Assembly: GCA_963717505.1 (NCBI GenBank)
Contig: OY970342.1
Coordinates: 3,616,001-3,680,000, forward strand
Direction: 5' to 3'
Length of the DNA: 64,000 bases
Source of the DNA: Candidatus Eiseniibacteriota bacterium
GTDB lineage: Bacteria > Eisenbacteria > RBG-16-71-46
A model generated the notes under the pieces. That model was not told the DNA's origin. It did not search any database and saw only the letters and a program-made list of their open reading frames with translations. Made by a program: the position numbers and the translations under genes. The number at the start of each line of letters is the position of its first letter. The stretch's first letter is position 1. This document shows, one piece after another, positions 50,764-59,156 of the stretch.

Positions 50764-53001
50764 CTAGCCGGGCAAACCCATCGAGAGGACGAGACGGATG
50801 CTTCGTGGCGCCTGAGGATGGGTGTGCACGTCGGCAATCCCTTGCACCGGTTCACGGGGAAGCCGCGACGTGTAGTAGTAGTCCACGTCGCTCACCGCGC
50901 GATCGAGCAGATTGAACACCTGAAGTCCGACCGCCCAGCGGCTGTGTGCGCGATAGCCGAGTTGCATGTTCAGAACCGTCGATGGACGGGAACGTATCGA
51001 GTTGTCCTCGACCAGGGGCCGTGGCCCGAAGTACCGCACGCGCAATCCTGCGAACCCGCCCGCGGGATTCTCGTACTCGACGCCGGCCGAGGCCACGCCT
51101 TCCACCGCCCCGGGGATGCGATCGCCAGCCGGATCGGGGTCGCGGAATCGCGCCCGTGAATACGCAAGATCGGCGTCCATGTGCACATAGCCAACCGGAC
51201 GACATTCGCCCGACAGCTCGATGCCGGTCCGGCGGCTCGGACGACTCTGCGCAGTCAGCCCGGCGTCACCGACGAAGACGGTCTCCGAGGTGATATCGAG
51301 ACCCCAAATCGAAGTGGTGGCCGACCACCCGGGACCGCCAGCGAGCCGCGCACCGACCTCGGCGCCCTGGGTCCGAACGAGCATAGAACTGTTCTCGACG
51401 GGCGGCCCGCCCGGTACCGGAAAGTGTGTTGGCGCCGCTTGAATGCCCTGGGAGGCGCCACTCGAGCTGAAGCGCGCCCCGCGCGCGTCGGTCGAATGGA
51501 AGCCGTAACCCCAGTTCGCATAGAGATCGAGCGGCCCCCAGGGTCCTAGAATGAGGGAGGCTTTGGGAGACACGAGCCCAGTGATGTCATCACCTGAGAA
51601 GGGGGCGTAACTCGACGCCACACTGAATCGATATCCCTCGGCCCGAACCCCGAGCACCGTCCGCAGGCGCGACCTCCATCGTATGTCGGCCTGCACGAAC
51701 GGCGACACGCTCGACTCGAGGACATGGTCTTCCCGAGTCAGGGCGAGCCGACGCCGTGCCTCGGTATGATAGAGGCCAACGTGCGCAATGTTGTCATGAC
51801 GGATGTCGACGCCGATCGTCTGCTGCATTCCGGGATCGCCCGAAACGTGGGAGAGGCGGAGCCCGGTTACGACCCGTTCGTCCGCCTGCTCGATCTGGTC
51901 GCCGTGCAGCGTGTCGTCGAGGAAGTAGGTGAAGTTCGAGAACAAGTTCATTCGATACGCGATGATGTAGGCGCTCGCCTTGGTAGACGACTGAGCCCCG
52001 ATTCGCTGAAGTTGCGCCGAGAGACTGTATCGATACGTCGTCCCTCCGTCCGTCGGATCGATGGCGTCGAATCGGGAGATCACGCCAGAGGCTACCGCCC
52101 GTTCAGGGATCTGGTCGGTCGCGTTCCATCGACCGTCGTAGCCGATCGCGGTGACGCTCAGGCCACGCTCCGGCGTGCCGAGGCTGTAGCGAACCAGCCC
52201 ATTGATCTTCCGGTATTCGTCCGGATGAACCCACGGGCCATCGTTCCGGACCAGCTCGATGGCCCCGAGCACAGTGCCGGATGCCAGGCGTGGCGAAGCG
52301 CCCACCAGCAGCCGAAGATAGCCATCATCTCCCGGTGTGAGTGAAACGATCGGGCCCGGGAGCGCGTTCCGATAGGAGATGTTGGCCGAGCCGGCGCTCG
52401 AGAAGTCTCCGTCCTCCACCGAATAGGTGCCCTTCCGGTATTGAACTCCGCTCACCAATTCGGGGATGGCGAAGCCGAGATCGGTGTAGCCCTGCCCGTG
52501 AGCGTGGGTCGGCATGTTCATCGGCACACCCGCGATCGTCGTCGCGAAGTCGGTGCCGTGGTCGAGGTTGAAGCCGCGCAGATAGTACTGGTTCGCCTTG
52601 CCCTCGCCGCTGTGCTGGCTGATCAGCACGCCGGGAATGCTCTCCAGGACATCCCCGGCGCGGAGCGACGGCCGGAGCGCGAGTTGTTTCGCCGTCACCA
52701 GACCTTGGGATGCGGCCGACCGCGGTGCGAGCGAACCCTCGTATGAACCAACCACTTCGACCGTCGGGAGGACGTATTTCACCTTGATGCTATCAGCCTC
52801 GGTCACCCTCGCGGTCGAATCGGACGCCGCACCGGGCGGCTCATTGGCACGGACCGCCGGCGATCGGGTCAGGAGAGCGCCGGTCAAGCTCACCAGGAAG
52901 ACGGCAACGGTCCGGACCCTACCCACACGCACCCGACGCCCAGGTTCAGCGATCACGTGATGAGTCCTTCCACTGCCAGGGCGACCGCAAACGCTATCCA
53001 T
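50764..53001 (-). CDS. TonB-dependent receptor (probably metal uptake)
   Basis: Plug [34 protein letters not shown], barrel, C-terminal FNLLD..DVHTHP..PRS. Confidence 0.92.
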   Translation of the reverse strand: MDSVCGRPGSGRTHHVIAEPGRRVRVGRVRTVAVFLVSLTGALLTRSPAVRANEPPGAASDSTARVTEADSIKVKYVLPTVEVVGSYEGSLAPRSAASQGLVTAKQLALRPSLRAGDVLESIPGVLISQHSGEGKANQYYLRGFNLDHGTDFATTIAGVPMNMPTHAHGQGYTDLGFAIPELVSGVQYRKGTYSVEDGDFSSAGSANISYRNALPGPIVSLTPGDDGYLRLLVGASPRLASGTVLGAIELVRNDGPWVHPDEYRKINGLVRYSLGTPERGLSVTAIGYDGRWNATDQIPERAVASGVISRFDAIDPTDGGTTYRYSLSAQLQRIGAQSSTKASAYIIAYRMNLFSNFTYFLDDTLHGDQIEQADERVVTGLRLSHVSGDPGMQQTIGVDIRHDNIAHVGLYHTEARRRLALTREDHVLESSVSPFVQADIRWRSRLRTVLGVRAEGYRFSVASSYAPFSGDDITGLVSPKASLILGPWGPLDLYANWGYGFHSTDARGARFSSSGASQGIQAAPTHFPVPGGPPVENSSMLVRTQGAEVGARLAGGPGWSATTSIWGLDITSETVFVGDAGLTAQSRPSRRTGIELSGECRPVGYVHMDADLAYSRARFRDPDPAGDRIPGAVEGVASAGVEYENPAGGFAGLRVRYFGPRPLVEDNSIRSRPSTVLNMQLGYRAHSRWAVGLQVFNLLDRAVSDVDYYYTSRLPREPVQGIADVHTHPQAPRSIRLVLSMGLPG

Positions 53002-53050
53002 CGTCGCGTGCCGGCGGCGATCCGGGCTCCCGGACCGCCGCCTGCCTGCC

Positions 53051-55273
53051 TCAGAACTTCGCGGTGACCCGCACGGTCACGTTACGGCCGGGGGCTTCCG
53101 CGTACGTCTTGTAGCGGCTCATGAAATCCCGATAGGACTCGTCGAACAGATTGCGCACGGTCAGGTCGACGTCCACATTGCGATCCCCGGCCGGGATTTG
53201 CACTCCGGCCTCGAGGTGCGCCAAAGCGTATCCGTCGGTCGCGGTGTCGAACGGGTCGAGCCGTGTCTGCTCGGCCACGAACTCGCCGCGCATCCCCACG
53301 TGGCTCTCGATCCGACCGAACGCCTCCGGCTCCCAGCGCACGCCGAGTTGCCCGCGAAACGGCGGAATCCATGGCAGCGGCACGTCCGACGTGGTGTTGT
53401 CGCCGACCACGTGCTCGGCGGTCGCCATCAGATGGACCTGTGCGATCGGGTGCAGCTCGCCCGAAAACTCGAAGCCGGAGAGCAGGGCGTCGCCCTGGAC
53501 GACCTGGAAGATCTCGAAGCCGGAGCCGGGATCGATGTTGCCCGTCGGCTGCGAATAAATGAAGTCCTGGATCGAGTTCACGAAGCCGCTGATCTCGGCT
53601 CGCGCCCGAGACCCCTGGAATCGAATCGCGAGGTCGCCGTTGAGCGACTGCTCGACGTCGAGACCCGGATCGCCGACCTCGAACGCCACGGTGCCCTCGT
53701 GCACGCCGTTCGCGAACAGGTCGAAGCTCGAAGGCGCGCGGAAACCGCGGCCCAGGTTGGCGACCACCGCCGTATTCTCCCCGATCCGGTAGAGCGCGCC
53801 CAGGTTGCCGGTGACCGCGTCCCAGGTTCGCGTCTGTGCGGTCACGCCGAGATCGACGTCGTCCTCGGCTTCGAGCTCACGATGGTCGTAGCGCACACCG
53901 AACGACCAATGCCAGGCGTCGCGATCGATCTGCTCGAACGCAAACAGGGCGGCGTCCCACGCCGAAGAATTAGGGATCAGCGACTCCTCTCCCGACTTCT
54001 CGAAGTCCTGGTTGAAGAACGACGCGCCGACGATGCCTTCGAGCGGGCCCAGGGCTCGATGCGTGTATTGGGCGTCGGCGGTGGCAGTGGTCGCCTCGAG
54101 TCCGAGCGCGACGTTGGGGTCGTCCGCGGCCTCGAACTCGCGCCGGAAGTTGCGCTCGTATGCGCCGCGAACCTGGATGCGCTGGCCGCTTCCAATCGGC
54201 AGGAGCAGCCGCGCATTGCCGGCGTCGTCGATGATCTTCTGGTAGGGCGTTGCGGTCGGATCCTCGGCCGGATCCTCGTGGATCTGGATCTCTTCGTTGC
54301 GATGGGTGTAGCCGCCGTCCACCGAGCCCCAGCCACCGCGCCAGCCGACTGCGCCACTGCCGGTCAAGGCTTCGTTTCCGCTGTTGAACAGGTCCTCCGA
54401 GGGGGTGCTGATGTCGTCGCTCTCCCGCGTGACGAAGCCGCCCCGCCAGCCGAAACCCTGGACCCCGCCCTCGAGCATCGCACCGCCCTCGAGGTTGTCG
54501 TCGACCGAGCCAGCCGCGCCGAATACCGATCCACGCACGATCGGCCCGCGGTCGAACGCGGTCGGCAGCTCGCGATGGATGACGTTGACCACCCCACCCA
54601 GCGCGTCCGAACCGTAGAGCACGCTCGCCGGTCCGCGGATCACCTCGATGCGTTCGATGCTCGCGGTCTCGACTTGAGGACCGTGCTCGTCGCCCCATTG
54701 CTGGTTCTCGATCCGCTGCCCTTCGTTGACCATCACCACCCGGTCGGAGCGGAGCCCGCGGATGCTGGGCTTGCCGACGCCGCTGCCGGTGCTCCAGTTG
54801 CGGACCCCGGGCAAGAGCTCGAGTGTCGCCCCGAGCGAGGGCTGGAGCGCCGAGTGCAGCTGCTCCCCGCTGAGCACGCTGGTCGGCTGCGGGGAGGTCA
54901 GGGCTTCGGTCGGACTGGGGCTGGCCGTGACCTGGGCGCCGGGGACCTCGATCATGGACTCGCGCAGCGTCACGTCGAGCGGCGCCTGACTGGTGAACAC
55001 GAAATGGCGAACCTCGGTCGCGTAGCCGATGCGCTGGAACGACACGTGGTAGGTACCGAACGGAACCGCGGGGATCGTGTAGCGGCCGTCGGCGCCGCTG
55101 GCGGTGCCGCGGCGCAGCTCGACAACGCTGACCTGGACCTCGGGGACGCCATTCCCCGCCGCGTCGAGAACGTGGCCGGAGAGCGCTGCCGACCGGGCTT
55201 CCGCAGCAACCTGTGCGCTGGCCGGCCTCGGCGCCGAGAGCAGCAGCAAGACAAGAACTCCAAGGATCCGCAT
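53051..55273 (-). CDS. TonB-dependent receptor with N-terminal carboxypeptidase-regulatory-like domain (ZnuD-like plug)
   Basis: KPSIRGL..QQWGDEHG..ERIEVIRGPASVLYGSDALGGVVN, ANGVHEGT, NLFDESY..PGRN..KF. Confidence 0.95.
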   Translation of the reverse strand: MRILGVLVLLLLSAPRPASAQVAAEARSAALSGHVLDAAGNGVPEVQVSVVELRRGTASGADGRYTIPAVPFGTYHVSFQRIGYATEVRHFVFTSQAPLDVTLRESMIEVPGAQVTASPSPTEALTSPQPTSVLSGEQLHSALQPSLGATLELLPGVRNWSTGSGVGKPSIRGLRSDRVVMVNEGQRIENQQWGDEHGPQVETASIERIEVIRGPASVLYGSDALGGVVNVIHRELPTAFDRGPIVRGSVFGAAGSVDDNLEGGAMLEGGVQGFGWRGGFVTRESDDISTPSEDLFNSGNEALTGSGAVGWRGGWGSVDGGYTHRNEEIQIHEDPAEDPTATPYQKIIDDAGNARLLLPIGSGQRIQVRGAYERNFRREFEAADDPNVALGLEATTATADAQYTHRALGPLEGIVGASFFNQDFEKSGEESLIPNSSAWDAALFAFEQIDRDAWHWSFGVRYDHRELEAEDDVDLGVTAQTRTWDAVTGNLGALYRIGENTAVVANLGRGFRAPSSFDLFANGVHEGTVAFEVGDPGLDVEQSLNGDLAIRFQGSRARAEISGFVNSIQDFIYSQPTGNIDPGSGFEIFQVVQGDALLSGFEFSGELHPIAQVHLMATAEHVVGDNTTSDVPLPWIPPFRGQLGVRWEPEAFGRIESHVGMRGEFVAEQTRLDPFDTATDGYALAHLEAGVQIPAGDRNVDVDLTVRNLFDESYRDFMSRYKTYAEAPGRNVTVRVTAKF

Positions 55274-55384
55274 GGTCACCTCGAAATGGCGGCGTCCTCC
55301 GCGCGCGTGGGCGGGCGGAAACTGCCGCGACTTGATGGACTGCAGGAGGTGCGCGGGCCGGAGGGCCCGCGAGGTCACCGCGAA

Positions 55385-55699
55385 TCAGGAAATCGGCGGA
55401 GCGCGCGGGAAGCCGGCGGGAGCGTGAACCTGCGGCTTCGCGATTGCGGGACAACCGGGGCGGGGGTCTTCGGCGGCAGGCAGCGGCGGTGGGCCGACGT
55501 CGCCATCCTCGACCACTGCGGCGGCATGAAGCGACGAGCACGCGGTGCACGGATGCAGTCCGCCGCGCTCGTTCTCGCACGCCGGGTCACTCAGGTGGTG
55601 CCAGACGTGTGCGGCCGATCCGAGCACCAACACGGCGAGCGCGACGTAGGACAGCGGGCGCAGCCACGCCAGTGTTCGAAGTCGATCGGATCGGGACAT
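55385..55699 (-). CDS. DUF2946/CruR-like leader protein with His/CxxC motif and C-terminal RAPP arrest motif
   Basis: Hydrophobic N-terminal segment, HVWHH..C..HPCTAC..H, Pro-rich linker, terminal FPRAPPIS*. Directly upstream of the TonB-dependent receptors. Confidence 0.85.
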   Translation of the reverse strand: MSRSDRLRTLAWLRPLSYVALAVLVLGSAAHVWHHLSDPACENERGGLHPCTACSSLHAAAVVEDGDVGPPPLPAAEDPRPGCPAIAKPQVHAPAGFPRAPPIS

Positions 55700-55757
55700 C
55701 GCGCCGGGATTCAACCACGCAAGACCCGGAGCCCGCAATGCGCCTTGATCGCCACGT

Positions 55758-55806
55758 AAGATGGTGGAGCTGAACGGGATCGAACCGTCGACCTCTTGAC
55801 TGCCAG
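55758..55806 (-). repeat. Displaced 3' fragment of tRNA-Ala (att-site direct repeat)
   Basis: 49 bp identical to 57993-58041: AAGATGGTGGAGCTGAACGGGATCGAACCGTCGACCTCTTGACTGCCAG. Confidence 0.93.
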
Positions 55807-56179
55807 ACCTTCACCGCCGCCAGCACGAAGCGACAGTCGCGCAATGTATTGCCAAGATCCACAAGGGATTCCGTGCGCCCCACAGCTGGGCCTCGCGGGC
55901 ATCCAAAGGCAGCGAAAGCCCCCCGGAGGAACAGCGAACGGGACGGATTGTCCCGTTTATCCTCTTGGCCTCCGGCTAGCAAGGCGAATAGGCTGGGCCG
56001 GACTGCTGGGCCGGCGACCCGCGGATGCTGTCTGGAGGGCAAGGATGCCGCAAGAATGCAAGACTTGCTCGACCCCAATCGGTTTGAGATCGACCGCCTG
56101 GTCGCCGAGGGTGCGGCAATGTGACGCGCCGGCGCCGAAGCGGTAAGTATCCCCGCATGCACCGCCGGGGATTCAGCCC

Positions 56180-57904
56180 ATGAATGATTGGGTCGGCCGC
56201 ACCGTTTCCCACTTCAAGATTCTCGAGCGACTGGGAGGCGGGGGAATGGGCGAGGTCTATCTCGCTCAGGACACGACGCTCGGGCGGCTCGTGGCGCTCA
56301 AGTTCATCTCGGAATCCATCCAGGACAACCCGGTCGCAGCCGATCGGTTCATGCGAGAGGCGCGCGCCGTCGCGGCGCTCAACCATCCTCACATCTGCGC
56401 GATCTACGAGACGGGGGAATTCGAGCGACAGCCGTTTCTGGCTATGGAGTACCTGAAAGGAAAGACCCTCCGCGACGAGATCACAGCGCAACCCCTGGCT
56501 CCGGCTGACGTGACGAACATCGCCCTCCAGCTCGCCGATGCGCTGTCCGAGGCCCATACGAAGGGAATCCTGCATCGAGATCTCAAGCCTGAGAACGTCT
56601 TCCTCGTGAAGAAGCGGACGGTGAAACTCCTGGACTTCGGGCTGGCCAAGTCGTTTGGCGCTTCCGCCAATGCCACGGACGCCACGACGATCACCGAAGA
56701 TCGGACCCTGGAGATGCCGGCGCCGGCCCGCCCCGATCTGCCGACGATCACGCAGGTCGGCGCCCTGGTCGGAACCCTGAGGTACATGTCACCCGAGCAG
56801 CTCCGCGGAGAGCGGCTGGATGCGCGCTCCGACCTATTCTCATTGGGAATTGTCCTCTACGAGGCAATCATCGGGAAAGCGCCGTTCGCTGGCACCATGG
56901 CTCACGAAGTGTGCCTGTCCATCCTGAACGAGACGCCGCCGCCCCCGCGATCGCTCCGCGGCGATGTCCCGGAGCCGTTGTCCAAGCTGATCGATCAACT
57001 ACTCGAGAAAGATCCGGACCGTCGCTTCGAGTCGGCCGCCAAGCTGAGCGATGCGCTGATGGGCGCGACGCCGAGCGCACCCTCGAACGTCGTCGCGGAG
57101 GGACCCGCGGTTGCTCTGCCCTCGCTCGGCGTCAAGCGATCCAGCCTGCACGTCTGGGTTTTCACGGTGGGCTTCATTGCGATCCTGGAATGGTTGCTCC
57201 TGACCATGGTCTTCAAGCGATCGCCGAGCGGCGTGGTCGGCTGGATGGGTCTCGGGGGAGCAATCTGCATCGCGATCAGTCCCGTCGTCTGGGGGCTCTC
57301 GCTCATGAGGAGGCAACGCGAAGGCGCGGCGCGTGTGGTTCGCCTCCAGGCACCGCCCGATTCACGCGGGAGGATCCGGCTGACGTGGTGGGCCGTGGTC
57401 TCTTTCACCGTGCTGTCCAGCCTGGGTCTTGTTTTTCTCGTCATCGTCTGGCTGCTGCCGACTTCGGGACCCGCGAAGACCGCTCCCCCCACGGCGCCAT
57501 CCCTGATCCCCTTGGTAATCGCATACGTGCCCGTGACCGTGCTGTTTTGGACCATCCTCTTGCGATCGCGTGGCTGGCGCCATGGAACGCGAACGCGCTG
57601 GCATCGAACGATGGACCTCGAGGTGAACGGGACGTATCCGCAGGTCCTGGCGTGTTGCTCGCACGCCATGTCGGCCGTGGGAGCGCGGGTGACGGGGCTC
57701 GACTTGGATCGCGGACTGATCGACGCAAGGACGCCGGTGAGCCTTCTGAACTGGGGTGAAAGGCTCACGTTCCGGGTTCAGCGCAGTGGTGCTGAACGAT
57801 GTTCGATCGCGCTCGAAAGCGATTGCTTGAATCCCGTCATTCTCTCGGACTTCGGGAAGAATGCCGCCAACCTGAGAAAGATCGCCGAGACGATGGTGGT
57901 CTAG
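56180..57904 (+). CDS. Ser/Thr protein kinase with four C-terminal TM helices and a small terminal domain
   Basis: GGGGMGEVY, VALK, HRDLKPEN, DFGLAK, YMSPEQ, hydrophobic helices, then GLIDARTPVSLLNWGERLTFRV. Confidence 0.93.
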   Translation: MNDWVGRTVSHFKILERLGGGGMGEVYLAQDTTLGRLVALKFISESIQDNPVAADRFMREARAVAALNHPHICAIYETGEFERQPFLAMEYLKGKTLRDEITAQPLAPADVTNIALQLADALSEAHTKGILHRDLKPENVFLVKKRTVKLLDFGLAKSFGASANATDATTITEDRTLEMPAPARPDLPTITQVGALVGTLRYMSPEQLRGERLDARSDLFSLGIVLYEAIIGKAPFAGTMAHEVCLSILNETPPPPRSLRGDVPEPLSKLIDQLLEKDPDRRFESAAKLSDALMGATPSAPSNVVAEGPAVALPSLGVKRSSLHVWVFTVGFIAILEWLLLTMVFKRSPSGVVGWMGLGGAICIAISPVVWGLSLMRRQREGAARVVRLQAPPDSRGRIRLTWWAVVSFTVLSSLGLVFLVIVWLLPTSGPAKTAPPTAPSLIPLVIAYVPVTVLFWTILLRSRGWRHGTRTRWHRTMDLEVNGTYPQVLACCSHAMSAVGARVTGLDLDRGLIDARTPVSLLNWGERLTFRVQRSGAERCSIALESDCLNPVILSDFGKNAANLRKIAETMVV

Positions 57905-57996
57905 CGGCTCTCTGACGATCGATCCACCTCGACGTCGGTCTCTGTCGAGCCCCGGAGCGCGCGTCGGACTCCCCTCTCACATCTGCGAAGCCAAGA

Positions 57997-58072
57997 TGGT
58001 GGAGCTGAACGGGATCGAACCGTCGACCTCTTGACTGCCAGTCAAGCGCTCTCCCAACTGAGCTACAGCCCC
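57997..58072 (-). tRNA. tRNA-Ala(GGC)
   Basis: Reverse complement GGGGCTGTAGCTCAGTTGGGAGAGCGCTTGACTGGCAGTCAAGAGGTCGACGGTTCGATCCCGTTCAGCTCCACCA: G3.U70 pair, anticodon GGC, encoded CCA. Confidence 0.98.
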
Positions 58073-58285
58073 ACCTCGCGGACCCCCGTGTGTACACTAC
58101 CGCGGAAGCCGCGGTCAACGACGCGCCGCGAGAAGTCCGGCCGATGCACCCATCCCGACTACGGCGTGCAAGACGCACGATGAGCGGCTGGCCAAGCCCG
58201 TTCCGATCCACCATTTAGACCGGGCCCAACCCGTTTCCCTCCAACGTATTGGCCCATGACTCTCACATTCTGCATCACCACGGTA

Positions 58286-58300
58286 TGGCCCATGCGATGC
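58286..58300 (+). promoter_or_regulatory. Sigma-54 promoter candidate
   Basis: TGGCCCATGCGATGC (GG-N10-GC), about 80 bp upstream of the 58378 start. Confidence 0.4.
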
Positions 58301-58377
58301 CTTGGAGTGGGAGGTCCCCGCCTAGGGCGTGGACTACCTGATCACGCCGCTCGAAGCGGCACGCAAACGAGGAAGCC

Positions 58378-59118
58378 ATGTCGGACATCCGGAACCAGCC
58401 GAACGCTCGACCGCCCCTGGCGGTGATCGTCGGCGTGCCCGCCGCACTCGCGGTGGCGGCGATCGCTGCGTCGTGGCGCGGCGCTCCGGGGACCGACTTC
58501 TGGATCTGGTTCGCGGCCTGCCTCGCGGGCGAGTTGCTGTGGGTGCGACTGGCGCTCGGCGGCATCACCATGAACATGGCGCTCGCCTGCAACTTCGGCG
58601 CGCTGCTGCTGCTCTCCCGCGGCGAGGCCATGGTCGCGGCGGCGGCCTCGACGCTGATCGCCGAGATGGTGTTCCTGAGAAAGCCGCTGGTCCGTTGCGT
58701 CTTCAATAGCGCACAGAGCGCCCTCGCGGTCGGCGCCGCCTCACTCGCCATGGGGCTGATCTCGAGCGGCGCACGCCTGAGCGCCGAGGCCAACCCGGTG
58801 GTGCTGCTCGGCGCGGTCGGCGCCGCGGTCACCTACTTCGTGGTCAACAACGTCTCGGTCGCGCTCGCGGTCAGCGCCGCCGACGGAGTTCCGTTCGTCA
58901 AGGTGTGGGACACCAACTTCGGCTCGAAGTTCAACATGATGTCGAGCGGCGCCCTGTTCTCGCTGGGCGCCATGATGGCCGTCGCCTACGCTCTCGCCGG
59001 ACCGCTTTACTCGCTGCTCGGCGTCCTGCCGATCCTGATCACGTACGCGGCCTACCGCATGACGTACATGTCCGCGTCCAAGGACGCGCGACCCACCGAG
59101 TCGCGCTGGGCCGCGTAG
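58378..59118 (+). CDS. Multi-pass membrane protein resembling the TM sensor module of HD-GYP/GGDEF proteins, stand-alone
   Basis: About 7 hydrophobic helices, R.VFNSAQ..L and YFVVNN motifs, no cytoplasmic output domain. Confidence 0.75.
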   Translation: MSDIRNQPNARPPLAVIVGVPAALAVAAIAASWRGAPGTDFWIWFAACLAGELLWVRLALGGITMNMALACNFGALLLLSRGEAMVAAAASTLIAEMVFLRKPLVRCVFNSAQSALAVGAASLAMGLISSGARLSAEANPVVLLGAVGAAVTYFVVNNVSVALAVSAADGVPFVKVWDTNFGSKFNMMSSGALFSLGAMMAVAYALAGPLYSLLGVLPILITYAAYRMTYMSASKDARPTESRWAA

Positions 59119-59156
59119 GCCCGGCGCCGCGACCCCGCGGCGCACGTCGACCCCTC

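Larger units (their letters stand above)
55758..58041. mobile_element. Small tRNA-integrated genomic islet (about 2.2 kb) without integrase
   Basis: Bounded by 49-bp direct repeats of the tRNA 3' half; a single cargo ORF. Confidence 0.75.

Noticed and set aside
55762-55806. Second tRNA-Ala gene
   Set aside because: It lacks the 5' acceptor strand, the D-arm and the 5' anticodon stem; it is an att-type fragment.
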